Positions 35,003 to 44,750 of a stretch of DNA of 64,000 bases are shown here, piece after piece. Source of the stretch: an uncultured Mycoplasmatota bacterium (GTDB lineage Bacteria; Bacillota_I; Bacilli_A; RF39; UBA660); contig URLV01000005.1 in the NCBI GenBank assembly GCA_900548725.1, positions 25 to 64,024 of the forward strand, in the 5' to 3' direction. The first letter of the stretch is position 1; the number at the start of each line of letters is the position of its first letter. The position numbers and the translations under genes were made by a program. The notes beneath the pieces were generated by a model. The model ran no database searches, was not told where the DNA came from, and was given only the letters and a program-made list of their open reading frames with translations.

Positions 35003-36082
35003 CTATTTTAACAATTCTTCTATGTCATTAATTCTTTTCTTATTAATATCCTCTATATTTATTTTCTGATTGTTATGTAATTTATTATCTATTATATTTT
35101 TTATTTCTAAAATGAAGTTATCTTTTGAAATTAAGAAACCAAAATTATCTCCTATACAAGTATAATTATCACTTATTTTAATAGTTGATATTATATCTTT
35201 TTTTAATGCAATTGCTTCGTTAAATATTACAGGATATCCTTCATAGTTACTAGTTAATAATAGATAATCGCATTTTTTAATATACGGATATGGATTACTT
35301 TTTTGTCCCAACATAATTACACTATCATTTAATTTATTATTATTAATGTAATTCATATATTTTTCTTTATCAGGTCCATCTCCAATTATATATAATTTTA
35401 TGTTTTTATATATTTTTTTTAATTCTTTTATTTTAGATAATTGAAACGTTATATTTTTTGAAGATTCTTCTAGCCTTCCTACAAATAATAAGTTTATATC
35501 TTGTTTGTTAAATACTATTTCTGGTTTTTCTTCTGAGAATTTTTTTATTTTATCTATGTCAATTATGTTGTTTATAACTATAGATTTATCCACAATATTT
35601 GGATAATATTTTATCAAATTTTCTCTTGATTCATTTGATACAAATACGATTTTATTAAATTCAGTTATATATCTTGTATCAAAAAATTTTAATAATTCTT
35701 CTTTATTATATAATTTTGTATAATCACTATGAACAAATAAAATCTTGTTTTTACTTGCTAACCTTGTTATAAAATTATCTGGATAAGAATATGTTGCATA
35801 GCATATAGAAATGTCGTATGCATTTTTTAATGTTATTTTGTATCTTGTTTGTTTTAATAAATTTAATGTTTTTTGAATTAACTTTATTTTTAAATTGTAT
35901 GGTTTGTATTCTAATATATTTATATTTGTAGGAACTTCGGTTAGCAATTCACCTGTTGCATGTTCTAATATTAAATCTACATTATATTTTTTTAAATCTA
36001 TATTTTTTAATAAATTTATTAAAGATTTTTCTATACCACCTATACATAATGTATTGGCACTAATTAATATATTTTTTTTCAT
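35003..36082 (-). CDS. GT4 (GT-B) glycosyltransferase
   Basis: LCIGGIEKSLINLL N-terminal motif and YEGYPVIFNEAIALKKDIISTI C-terminal signature. The likely start is ATG 36082. Confidence 0.75.
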   Translation of the reverse strand: MKKNILISANTLCIGGIEKSLINLLKNIDLKKYNVDLILEHATGELLTEVPTNINILEYKPYNLKIKLIQKTLNLLKQTRYKITLKNAYDISICYATYSYPDNFITRLASKNKILFVHSDYTKLYNKEELLKFFDTRYITEFNKIVFVSNESRENLIKYYPNIVDKSIVINNIIDIDKIKKFSEEKPEIVFNKQDINLLFVGRLEESSKNITFQLSKIKELKKIYKNIKLYIIGDGPDKEKYMNYINNNKLNDSVIMLGQKSNPYPYIKKCDYLLLTSNYEGYPVIFNEAIALKKDIISTIKISDNYTCIGDNFGFLISKDNFILEIKNIIDNKLHNNQKINIEDINKKRINDIEELLK

Positions 36083-36098
36083 AATATCATTTCTTTCT

Positions 36099-37625
36099 TT
36101 ATTTTTTATACATTTCATAATATGAGTTGCCTAATAGTACATTATCATAATAAAATGATTTTTTCTTTATTTCTTCGTTAACGTAATTATAATCATATTT
36201 TTCTATTAAAGTTTGTTCGTTTGAAAATAAATTTGTACCTAAACCAAGTTTATTACCTTCTATTTTTACTCCTAAAGAAGCTAGAGTTGTTGGAAACATA
36301 TCCATTGTAGTGAACATTCTGTTTTTATATGTATTACTTGTTGTCTTTGAATTTATAAAAGCATTATATACTGTTCTTTCATAATTTTCTTCATTAAAGA
36401 ATCGGTTTTGCATTGTTAAATGATCTCCTGAAATTATTATAGTTGTGTTTTTATAAAAATCTTGCTTTTTAATCCACTCGATAAAATTATTTAACATTTT
36501 ATCTAAGCAATAATATGAATTTGCGTAATCACTATCAAATTCTTTTTTACACTTTTTATCTTGATATCCATCGTAGAAATGTGTATCTGCTGTTAGTATT
36601 GTAAAATTAAAAGGTTCATTATTTTTTGAAATTTTATTTAATTCTTTTTTTGCGAATGAAAATAATTTTCTATCTTCAAATCCCCACCATTCGTAATAGT
36701 CTTTATCTATCCAATTATTATCTCTTGCATAATATAAATCATATATTTCATAATTTCCATGGTCTGTAAAATAATCCCGTCTACCTCCAAATGATGCATC
36801 TGAGCCTAATAATAAATAGTTTTTATAACCATTCTCTTCTAAAATATCACCTATACTTGTTGCACCTGGTAGAGATTCACCGTAACCTGTGTAGTTATTA
36901 GCTCCTATTACTTTTAATGGTATTCCAGATGTTTCTGCAACCATACCTGCTGCTGTCCATGTAGTTAAGCTTAATTTTTTTGCTCCTCCTAAACTATCTT
37001 TATTACTAAAATTTATATTATTTAGAGCAATATATTCTAGATTAGGGATGTATGATTTTTCAACATCACCACCATTAATTATAGATGTAGCACTTGTTTC
37101 TAAAGATTCTACAAATATATAGATTAAATTTTGTTTAATTTCTGGAAATGTTATATTTACTTCTTTTGGATTTACATAGTTATCTTCTATAAGAGTAGAT
37201 TTTGAATTTTGAAATCTTATATATTCCTTTACTCCTAATTTATCATAACAGTTATATAGACTCAGAATTATTAATATAATTGAATATAGTAATATTCTTT
37301 TTTTTCTTAAATATAATGCATCAATTAAATATTTTTTATTTTTTATTGTTATTGTTAATCTATATTTATTTTCTAAATATTTATGATTTAATTTAACTAT
37401 TACATATAAAATAACAAATGTTATTATAGAAAATAATGATACAAAAATTATTCCATCTTTTAAAGCATTAATACTAGTTCCTTTACTATTTAATATACTA
37501 TAAAGTATTTGTTCAAATGATACTCCACTAAAATTACTATTTATATAACTACATGTATAAAATATTACTAATGCTAAAAGCGTTAATATTATACATATAA
37601 TATTATTTCTTTTTTCTTGTTTCAT
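36099..37625 (-). CDS. LTA-synthase/sulfatase-family phosphoglycerol transferase (LtaS-like)
   Basis: Three N-terminal hydrophobic helices, then a sulfatase-fold domain (IYIFVESLE, TTWTAAGMVAETSG, IIISGDHL). Start is ATG 37625 (SD GAAAGGA). Confidence 0.75.
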   Translation of the reverse strand: MKQEKRNNIICIILTLLALVIFYTCSYINSNFSGVSFEQILYSILNSKGTSINALKDGIIFVSLFSIITFVILYVIVKLNHKYLENKYRLTITIKNKKYLIDALYLRKKRILLYSIILIILSLYNCYDKLGVKEYIRFQNSKSTLIEDNYVNPKEVNITFPEIKQNLIYIFVESLETSATSIINGGDVEKSYIPNLEYIALNNINFSNKDSLGGAKKLSLTTWTAAGMVAETSGIPLKVIGANNYTGYGESLPGATSIGDILEENGYKNYLLLGSDASFGGRRDYFTDHGNYEIYDLYYARDNNWIDKDYYEWWGFEDRKLFSFAKKELNKISKNNEPFNFTILTADTHFYDGYQDKKCKKEFDSDYANSYYCLDKMLNNFIEWIKKQDFYKNTTIIISGDHLTMQNRFFNEENYERTVYNAFINSKTTSNTYKNRMFTTMDMFPTTLASLGVKIEGNKLGLGTNLFSNEQTLIEKYDYNYVNEEIKKKSFYYDNVLLGNSYYEMYKK

Positions 37626-37938
37626 CTTGTTTAATCCTTTCAAGTTTAAAAGAAATATTTTTATTAATTATACTAAATATATATCCTAATAAAACATTTA
37701 TTACAATAGACATTAATATATATTTTATAGCAAATAACATATTTGTTTCTATATATTCAGTTATGTTATATTGGAATTTATTTTTTATTGATAAAATTAT
37801 CATAATTATTAAATTAGATATTAATACTGATGATAAATAATTAATTATTAAATCTTTAATATTATTATTTTTTGTTAAAACGTTATAAATTTTAATACCT
37901 ATTATACTTGGTAATAAATAAACAAATAAACTATTCAT
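37603..37938 (-). CDS. Small three-helix membrane protein overlapping the LtaS-like gene
   Basis: 111 aa. 23-nt out-of-frame overlap with the downstream start. Confidence 0.55.
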   Translation of the reverse strand: MNSLFVYLLPSIIGIKIYNVLTKNNNIKDLIINYLSSVLISNLIIMIILSIKNKFQYNITEYIETNMLFAIKYILMSIVINVLLGYIFSIINKNISFKLERIKQDETRKKK

Positions 37939-37962
37939 AATTTCATCTTCTTTCTTAATATT

Positions 37963-37991
37963 ATTGTACTAGAAAGAGTATTATAAATCAA
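37963..37991 (-). promoter_or_regulatory. Sigma-A type promoter for the 37938-35003 operon
   Basis: Minus strand reads TTGATT (37991-37986), 17 nt, TACAAT (37968-37963). Confidence 0.5.
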
Positions 37992-37994
37992 ACT

Positions 37995-38026
37995 ATAATA
38001 AAACTAGCACTTTATTTTTTGCTAGT
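37995..38026 (-). terminator. Intrinsic terminator after tagO
   Basis: ACTAGC (38003-38008) and GCTAGT (38021-38026) form a stem enclosing the stop codon. UUUUAUUAU follows on the minus strand. Confidence 0.5.
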
Positions 38027-39061
38027 CTTATCGTGTTTGTATAATATATCTGTTTTAAATATGAATATTATTACTATTATCATTAATAATAAATATAATA
38101 ATATTGCTAAATCAGTTAATCCTATTGCATATAGTACTGATACTATACTAAATAATATATTTATAAAATAAATTATTAATACTGTTTTTCTAACTGATGA
38201 TGTTTTGTTTAATAATTGGAAATGTACATGTTCTTTATCTGGTTTTCCAATTGATTCTCCTTTTATTAATCTCCTTAAGATAGCGAGTAGTGTATCTAGT
38301 ATTGGAATAAACAATATGAGTATAGGGATTAGGAATGATGTCAATGTTGCTGTTTTAAATCCTAAAAGTGATATTACTGCAACCATAAATCCTAAAAACA
38401 TACTTCCTGTATCTCCCATAAATATAGTTGCTGGGTTAAAGTTATAGAATAGGAATCCTAATGTTGAACCTAACGTTATTAAGCATAAGAAGAAACCCAG
38501 ATTATCTGTTCTTCCTAATAATATTGATATAACTATAATTGTTATGAAATATATTGAACTAGTACCAGCTGCAAGTCCATCTAATCCATCTATTAAATTA
38601 ATTGAATTTATACATGCAACTATTATAAATAGTGATATTGGATATGCCCATAATCCTAAGGTTATATTCATACCGTATATTGATAATTCATTTATATATA
38701 TATTTCCATAAAATACTAATATCATCGCAACTGCTATTTGTCCCCACAACTTAGTTGTAGCTTTTAATGGGTTTATATCATCTATTATTCCTAATAACAC
38801 TATTAAAAAACTTCCAATAAGTATTGAAATCATTTGTGTCGTTACTGGTGCAAAAAACATATATCCTATTAGGAATGAGAGAAATATCGCTAGTCCCCCT
38901 AATCTTGGCATTGGCTTTTTATGTACTTTTCTCTTATCTGGAATATCCATCGCATTAATATGTATTGCTATATCTCGTATAAGAGGTACTAATATTAAAG
39001 ATGATACAAACGTTATTAATATAATATAAAATATATTAACATCATTTACTAAAATATTCAT
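38012..39061 (-). CDS. tagO: Undecaprenyl-phosphate N-acetylglucosamine-1-phosphate transferase (MraY/WecA family)
   Basis: 349 aa, about 10 TM helices, with PDKRKVHKKPMPRLGG, NLIDGLDGLA and MGDTGSMFLGF motifs. Confidence 0.85.
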   Translation of the reverse strand: MNILVNDVNIFYIILITFVSSLILVPLIRDIAIHINAMDIPDKRKVHKKPMPRLGGLAIFLSFLIGYMFFAPVTTQMISILIGSFLIVLLGIIDDINPLKATTKLWGQIAVAMILVFYGNIYINELSIYGMNITLGLWAYPISLFIIVACINSINLIDGLDGLAAGTSSIYFITIIVISILLGRTDNLGFFLCLITLGSTLGFLFYNFNPATIFMGDTGSMFLGFMVAVISLLGFKTATLTSFLIPILILFIPILDTLLAILRRLIKGESIGKPDKEHVHFQLLNKTSSVRKTVLIIYFINILFSIVSVLYAIGLTDLAILLYLLLMIIVIIFIFKTDILYKHDKTSKK

Positions 39062-39162
39062 TAGTTCACTTCCTCATAATCACTATAACATGATATGTTC
39101 TAATAATCTATCTTTTTTATTATTGTTTACAATTTATTAACAAATATAATAAAAGATAAGAC

Positions 39163-39447
39163 TTATTCTGTCTTACCTTCATTTTCTAACATTTCTCCAA
39201 CCATATTCATGTAGTTATTTGTAAAGTCTAATAGAATAGCTTGTTTGAAATTGCTTTCATCTAAAGCGTTCATATATGTGTCGTCACCATCTATTTCTTC
39301 TTCAAATATTTCATATTCTGTTGTAGGATTTTTTGTTTCTGTATCTAATTTTACTGCAAAGAAATATTTTGTTCCTTCAATTATTGTTTCGTCAAGTAAT
39401 GCATATTCAGTATTATCATCTAATGTTATTAATGTATCTTTTTCCAT
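39163..39447 (-). CDS. DUF1292-like small acidic protein
   Basis: 94 aa. The pattern ITLDDNTEYALLDETIIEGTKYFFAV...EYEIFEEE resembles DUF1292/YrzB-type proteins. Its SD overlaps the stop of the upstream ORF. Confidence 0.5.
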   Translation of the reverse strand: MEKDTLITLDDNTEYALLDETIIEGTKYFFAVKLDTETKNPTTEYEIFEEEIDGDDTYMNALDESNFKQAILLDFTNNYMNMVGEMLENEGKTE

Positions 39448-39459
39448 TTTTTATTCTCC

Positions 39460-41127
39460 TTACATTTTAGGTCCTCTAGACATTTCTTCACTTTCTGCTA
39501 TTTGCAATGGCTCTTTGTTTTGTTTTAATTTTAATTCTTCTAGTTCTTTCATTACATAAGCTAAAGTTGCTTTTAAATTATCATATTTTTTATCTTTTAT
39601 TTCAATAGTTTTTCTTAGTCTTTCGTTTTCTTGTAATAATTCTTCATTAGTTATTGTGTTTTCTTTTGATTCTTCTAATTTAGGTATTTCTTGTATGTTT
39701 TCAGATTGAGTTTCAGCTTTAGTTTCTGTTGTAACTTGTTCTGGTTGTTTTGTTTCCACATTAATATTTTCATTTACTATTGGATCTAGTCCATGATTTC
39801 TTAAGTACATATCATATTCATTATCTCCAGGAACTATACCTTCTGCTTTAAGTTCATCTATTTGTTCTTTAGTTAATCTACCGTCATATTTTGTTTCTTC
39901 TTTTTGAACTCTTTTTTTGTAATCCTCTGGTCTTGGAGTAATTCCATGATTGTGTAAATATTGTATATATTCAGGGTCGCCAGGTTCTAATCCTTCAGCC
40001 TTTAATTCTTCTATTTGTTCATCTGTTAATTCAGGATTGTAACAATCTTTTCCTTTTTCATTATCTTTTTCCTTATTTTTCTCTTTATCTTCCTCTGGTG
40101 TTGGTTCTTTAGGAGTAGGTTCTTCTGGTATAGGATTTTCTGGAGTTGGTTCTGGATCTTTCATCTTTTTTCTTAACTTTCTTGCTATAATTGCACCAGC
40201 CACTCCTAATGAAGATAAAGCAGTAAATATATATGCTTGTGCTGCAGTATACATTGCTTGTGCTTCTGATGCACCACCCAATGTATATAATCCACTTCCA
40301 GCTAAATCAAAAGCAAATTTTCCGCCTTTAACAAATGGAGCAAGGCCTGTATTTAACCCGTGAAATAAAGGACATAATGGTTTTAAAATTATTGAAGTAT
40401 TACATAATCTCCATAATGTAGAGAATACCATCATAATAGGTTGTGCAGTTAATGGAAGTGTAGCAAGTATAGCTAAGCCTATTGCAAGTATTCTAACTAT
40501 AGGATGTTTTTTAAACCATTCGTGAGTATTTTTAACTACTTTAACTACTTTATGTCTAAATTTAATTGGTTTATCAACTTCTTCAGATAATTTTTCGTCT
40601 TCAATTAATTCTTCTGGATCTTTTTCTTCTTCATTTTCTTCGGTATTTTCTTTATTTTCTGTTTGTTCTTTTTCTTCATCAATGTCGTTATCAGTAGTAT
40701 CAGTTGAATTGTCACCAGTTACATCGTTAGTATTATCTACAACTTCTGTAGGAACATCTAAATCTTCTGAATTATTTTCAGTGATATCATTTTGATTTTC
40801 TTCTTCTTGAGCTTTTTCTCTTTTCTCTTTAATATGTTCAAAATAAGTATAAACTACTCCAGGAATATCATTAGTCTTTGTAGTAATTAAATTTAAAAAA
40901 TTATCTTTTAAATTTTCATCTAACTTTTCATAAATTAAGCCATAAAAATTAAGTTTCATAGAATCATTAAGTTCATTTTTTCCATCAAACTTTATTACTT
41001 CATTATTGACTTCAATTTCTTTTTCTCCATTCGCAATTGCTATTAAATCAGAATACTCATTTTCATCAAACTTTATAACACTATAATTATTTGAGTACTC
41101 AACTAATGTTTTCATTATATCATCCAT
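39460..41127 (-). CDS. Unknown 555-aa membrane protein (acidic low-complexity region, hydrophobic core, Pro-rich linker, two ~32-aa repeats, coiled coil)
   Basis: Long ORF with a good SD. The domain layout was read directly from the translation (see finding). Confidence 0.7.
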   Translation of the reverse strand: MDDIMKTLVEYSNNYSVIKFDENEYSDLIAIANGEKEIEVNNEVIKFDGKNELNDSMKLNFYGLIYEKLDENLKDNFLNLITTKTNDIPGVVYTYFEHIKEKREKAQEEENQNDITENNSEDLDVPTEVVDNTNDVTGDNSTDTTDNDIDEEKEQTENKENTEENEEEKDPEELIEDEKLSEEVDKPIKFRHKVVKVVKNTHEWFKKHPIVRILAIGLAILATLPLTAQPIMMVFSTLWRLCNTSIILKPLCPLFHGLNTGLAPFVKGGKFAFDLAGSGLYTLGGASEAQAMYTAAQAYIFTALSSLGVAGAIIARKLRKKMKDPEPTPENPIPEEPTPKEPTPEEDKEKNKEKDNEKGKDCYNPELTDEQIEELKAEGLEPGDPEYIQYLHNHGITPRPEDYKKRVQKEETKYDGRLTKEQIDELKAEGIVPGDNEYDMYLRNHGLDPIVNENINVETKQPEQVTTETKAETQSENIQEIPKLEESKENTITNEELLQENERLRKTIEIKDKKYDNLKATLAYVMKELEELKLKQNKEPLQIAESEEMSRGPKM

Positions 41128-41203
41128 AACTCTTCCTCATTTCTTAACAATATTCTATCATATTTTTTTATTTTTAAATATATTATTTTATTTGTTTACA
41201 CTT

Positions 41204-41860
41204 TTAACCTAATAATTTGTCAAATATTTCTGGATAGTTATCATTAATCACTATTCTTTTATTTGTTACTGGGTGTGTAAATTCTAAATAAGTTGCATGT
41301 AAACACATTCTTCTTATAGGATTTTTTTTAGAATTATATTTTTTATCACCTACTATTGGATGATTTATACTTTCCATATGAACTCTTATTTGATTTTTTC
41401 TTCCTGTTAATATTTCTATATCTAACAATGTGTATTCTTTATTATTTTTTATAGGTTTATATTTTGTAATTGCCAGTTTACCTGTCTTTTTATCGTTTGT
41501 TATATATGTTTTTAAAGTTTTAGTTTCTGCTAAATAATTTTTGATAGTATCTCCTTTAGCGACTTTTCCTTCTACTAATGCTACATATTTTCTTTTAAAT
41601 TTATCCCAATTTCTTTGTAATATTCTTTTTGCTTGTTCAGTTTTTGCGAATACTATTATTCCACTAGTATCTTTATCTAATCTATGTACTATAAATATTT
41701 TATTTGATTTATGTTGTTTTTTTACATAATCTGATACTTTTCTATATAAAGTATTATTATGTTCTTTATTAGTTCCTATAGTTAACAATCCACTTGGTTT
41801 AGATATTACAATTATTGATTTATCTTCATATAATATTTTTAGTTTATCTTTCTTTTTCAT
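41204..41860 (-). CDS. RluA-family pseudouridine synthase
   Basis: HRLDKDTSGIIVFAK catalytic motif and GRKNQIRVH. SD AAGGAGA. Confidence 0.85.
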   Translation of the reverse strand: MKKKDKLKILYEDKSIIVISKPSGLLTIGTNKEHNNTLYRKVSDYVKKQHKSNKIFIVHRLDKDTSGIIVFAKTEQAKRILQRNWDKFKRKYVALVEGKVAKGDTIKNYLAETKTLKTYITNDKKTGKLAITKYKPIKNNKEYTLLDIEILTGRKNQIRVHMESINHPIVGDKKYNSKKNPIRRMCLHATYLEFTHPVTNKRIVINDNYPEIFDKLLG

Positions 41861-41886
41861 TTGTTCTCCTTAAAAAAGATAGCATG

Positions 41887-42477
41887 TTAGCTAGCTTTTT
41901 TGTATTTTGTATTTAATTCTTTATTCATTAGTACTTGTCTATATCCTTTGAAGGCATCAAATATTATTGTTTCAATATCATCTTTTGTTAATTTAGAGTT
42001 TGTAGTAGCCATCATAGATGCTATACCATGAATAATTAACCATGTATTAATATATATTTGTTTTGATGATTCTGGGCTTAGTCCTGTAGATTTTATTATC
42101 ATTTCTGTATATTTTTTTCCGTCTTCATTGTCAGCCATTTCTAAGATATTATTGTATTTGGTAAAAGATGACATGAATAAGAATTTGAATAAATTCTTTT
42201 CTTTTGTAGCAAAATCTATATAGGATAATCCTACTCCAATAAAGGGTACTTGATGTTCATTTCCTTTTAATAAGTATTTTTTTTGAAGTTCATAAACATC
42301 ATCATATACAGTTCTTTTTAATTCATCCATGTTAGTAAATAATCTAAATATTGGTTGAGTAGAACATCCTACTACTTTAGCTAAATTTCTTGCTGATAAG
42401 TTGCTATCTCCTTCATCTCTAATTATTTTTATTGATCCTTTAATAAGATCTTCTTTTTTAATTTTTACCGCACTCAT
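41887..42477 (-). CDS. TetR/AcrR-family transcriptional regulator
   Basis: N-terminal HTH (LSARNLAKVVGCSTQPIFRLF) and a helical C-terminal domain. Divergent from clpB. Confidence 0.8.
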   Translation of the reverse strand: MSAVKIKKEDLIKGSIKIIRDEGDSNLSARNLAKVVGCSTQPIFRLFTNMDELKRTVYDDVYELQKKYLLKGNEHQVPFIGVGLSYIDFATKEKNLFKFLFMSSFTKYNNILEMADNEDGKKYTEMIIKSTGLSPESSKQIYINTWLIIHGIASMMATTNSKLTKDDIETIIFDAFKGYRQVLMNKELNTKYKKAS

Positions 42478-42494
42478 ATTTAATCTCCCCTTTT

Positions 42495-42512
42495 AAATAA
42501 CAAGTGTTATTT
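42495..42512. promoter_or_regulatory. Candidate TetR operator
   Basis: 8-2-8 palindrome AAATAACA-ag-TGTTATTT, 18 nt upstream of the TetR start codon. Confidence 0.4.
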
Positions 42513-42562
42513 ACACTTTAATATTACCATAAAACGGTATAATGTCAAGTAAATTTATTTTA

Positions 42563-42589
42563 TTAGCACTTTGTATTGACAAGTGCTAA
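42563..42589. promoter_or_regulatory. CIRCE (HrcA operator)
   Basis: TTAGCACTT-N9-AAGTGCTAA against the consensus TTAGCACTC-N9-GAGTGCTAA. It overlaps the clpB -35 box. Confidence 0.8.
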
Positions 42590-42603
42590 TTATTGAGTAT
42601 AAT
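42576..42603 (+). promoter_or_regulatory. clpB sigma-A promoter
   Basis: TTGACA (42576-42581), 16 nt, TATAAT (42598-42603). Confidence 0.7.
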
Positions 42604-42628
42604 AAGTATTAGAAATGGAGGGATATTT

Positions 42629-44743
42629 ATGGAACAAAATCCTTATGAAGAAAATTTAAAAAAACCGCTTGAAAAGTATGGACGTGATATTGTTAAACTT
42701 GCTATGGATGGTAAGATTGAACCAGTAATTGGGAGAGATGATGAAATACGTAATATAACTCGTGTTTTATCTAGAAAGACTAAAAACAATCCAGTTTTAA
42801 TTGGTGAACCTGGTGTTGGTAAAACTGCAATAGTTGAAGGTCTTGCACTTAGAATTGTTAAAGGTGATGTACCTAATAGTTTAAAAAATAAACATGTATG
42901 GGAACTTGACATGGGTGCTTTAGTTGCTGGTGCTAAATACCGTGGTGAATTTGAGGAAAGATTAAAAGCTGTTTTAAAAGAAATAAAAGATAGTAACGGT
43001 GAAATAATATTATTTATAGATGAGATTCATATGATTGTTGGTGCTGGTGCATTAGAAGGTGCAATGGATGCTGGTAATATGCTTAAACCTATGCTTGCTC
43101 GTGGTGAAATTCATTGTATAGGTGCTACTACTTTAAATGAATATAGAAAATATATAGAAAAAGATGGAGCGCTAGAAAGACGTTTTCAAAAGATACAGGT
43201 TAATGAACCTACTGTATTAGATACAATCACAATACTTCGTGGATTAAAAAACAGATTTGAAGTATTCCATGGAGTAAGTATTAAAGATAAAGCTTTAGTT
43301 GCTGCTGCAACATTATCTGATAGATATATAACTAGTAGATTTTTACCTGATAAAGCAATTGATTTAGTTGATGAAGCTTGTGCTACTATAAAAGTTCAAA
43401 TGGAAAGTGTTCCTGTTGAACTTGATACTTTATCTAGAAAAATAATGCAATTAGAAGTTGAAAAACAAGCTTTAAAACATGAAAAAGATGAATTAAGTAA
43501 AAATAGAGTTATTGAGATTGATAAAAAGCTTGAAGACTTAAAAGTTAGAGAAAAACAACTTAGAAATGATTGGGAAGAAGAAAAAGTCATCAATGATAAT
43601 ATTTCTAAAAAGAAAGAAGAAATTGAACGTAAGAATTATGAATTAGAGGTAGCTGAAAATAATTATGATCTAGAAACAGCTGCTAAATTACGTCATGGAG
43701 TTATACCAGAGTTAAAACGTGAATTGGAAGAATTGAATAACAGCAATAAGCGCTCAATATTAAGTGATGTTGTTGATGACGAATCTATTGCAAAAATTAT
43801 ATCTAAATGGACTAATATTCCGGTTGCTAAACTTGTTGGCGGAGAAAAAGACAAATTAGTTCATTTATATGAAAATATGAAAAAACGTGTTAAAGGTCAA
43901 GATGAAGCTTTGGAACTTGTTAGTGAAGCTATTAAACGTGCTCGTGCTGGTATTAAAGATCCTAATCGTCCAATTGGTTCATTTATGTTCTTAGGTCCTA
44001 CTGGTGTAGGTAAAACTGAAGTAGCTAGAACTCTAGCATATGAATTATTTGATGATGAAAAGCATATGATAAGAATTGATATGAGTGAATATATGGAAAG
44101 TCACAGTGTTTCACGTTTAGTTGGAGCTCCTCCAGGATATGTTGGTTATGATGAAGGTGGACAATTAACTGAAGCAGTTAGACGTAATCCTTATAGTATA
44201 GTTTTATTTGATGAAATAGAAAAAGCTCATAAAGATGTATTTAATATATTGCTTCAAATACTTGATGACGGTCGTATAACTGATGGTCAAGGTAGAACAG
44301 TAGACTTTAAAAATACAATAATTATTATGACTAGTAATTTAGGTAGTGAATATATTTTAAATAACGATGATAATTATAAAGATAAAGTAGATGAGGCTGT
44401 TAGACATACGTTCAAACCTGAATTTATTAATAGAATTGATGAAATTATAGTCTTTAAACCACTTGATAAAGAAGTAGTTCATGAAATTCTTAACAATATT
44501 ATTAAAAATATTGAATTACGTTTAAGAGATAAACAATTAACTCTAACTTTAAGTGATAGAGCAAAAGAATTTATTATTGAAAACAGTTTTGATGTTAATT
44601 TTGGTGCTAGACCTATTAAACGTTATGTAAGTAGAAATATAGAAACTTTAATAGCAAATGCATTAATTAATGATGAGATTGTTTTTGGAAGCAATATTAA
44701 TATTGATGTTAATAATAATGGAGAATTTTATATTACAAAATAA
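42629..44743 (+). CDS. clpB: ClpB disaggregase lacking the N-terminal domain
   Basis: The protein begins about 12 residues before LEKYGRD...[32 protein letters not shown] (NBD1). It has a coiled-coil middle domain and NBD2 ([20 protein letters not shown]). Start is ATG 42629 with SD GGAGGG. Confidence 0.92.
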   Translation: MEQNPYEENLKKPLEKYGRDIVKLAMDGKIEPVIGRDDEIRNITRVLSRKTKNNPVLIGEPGVGKTAIVEGLALRIVKGDVPNSLKNKHVWELDMGALVAGAKYRGEFEERLKAVLKEIKDSNGEIILFIDEIHMIVGAGALEGAMDAGNMLKPMLARGEIHCIGATTLNEYRKYIEKDGALERRFQKIQVNEPTVLDTITILRGLKNRFEVFHGVSIKDKALVAAATLSDRYITSRFLPDKAIDLVDEACATIKVQMESVPVELDTLSRKIMQLEVEKQALKHEKDELSKNRVIEIDKKLEDLKVREKQLRNDWEEEKVINDNISKKKEEIERKNYELEVAENNYDLETAAKLRHGVIPELKRELEELNNSNKRSILSDVVDDESIAKIISKWTNIPVAKLVGGEKDKLVHLYENMKKRVKGQDEALELVSEAIKRARAGIKDPNRPIGSFMFLGPTGVGKTEVARTLAYELFDDEKHMIRIDMSEYMESHSVSRLVGAPPGYVGYDEGGQLTEAVRRNPYSIVLFDEIEKAHKDVFNILLQILDDGRITDGQGRTVDFKNTIIIMTSNLGSEYILNNDDNYKDKVDEAVRHTFKPEFINRIDEIIVFKPLDKEVVHEILNNIIKNIELRLRDKQLTLTLSDRAKEFIIENSFDVNFGARPIKRYVSRNIETLIANALINDEIVFGSNINIDVNNNGEFYITK

Positions 44744-44750
44744 TTAATTT

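Noticed and set aside
37603-37643. Programmed or accidental frameshift in the LtaS-like gene at the A-rich overlap.
   Set aside because: A good SD (GAAAGGA) and ATG at 37625 give a self-sufficient downstream gene, so a frameshift need not be invoked. Left as a low-interest open question.
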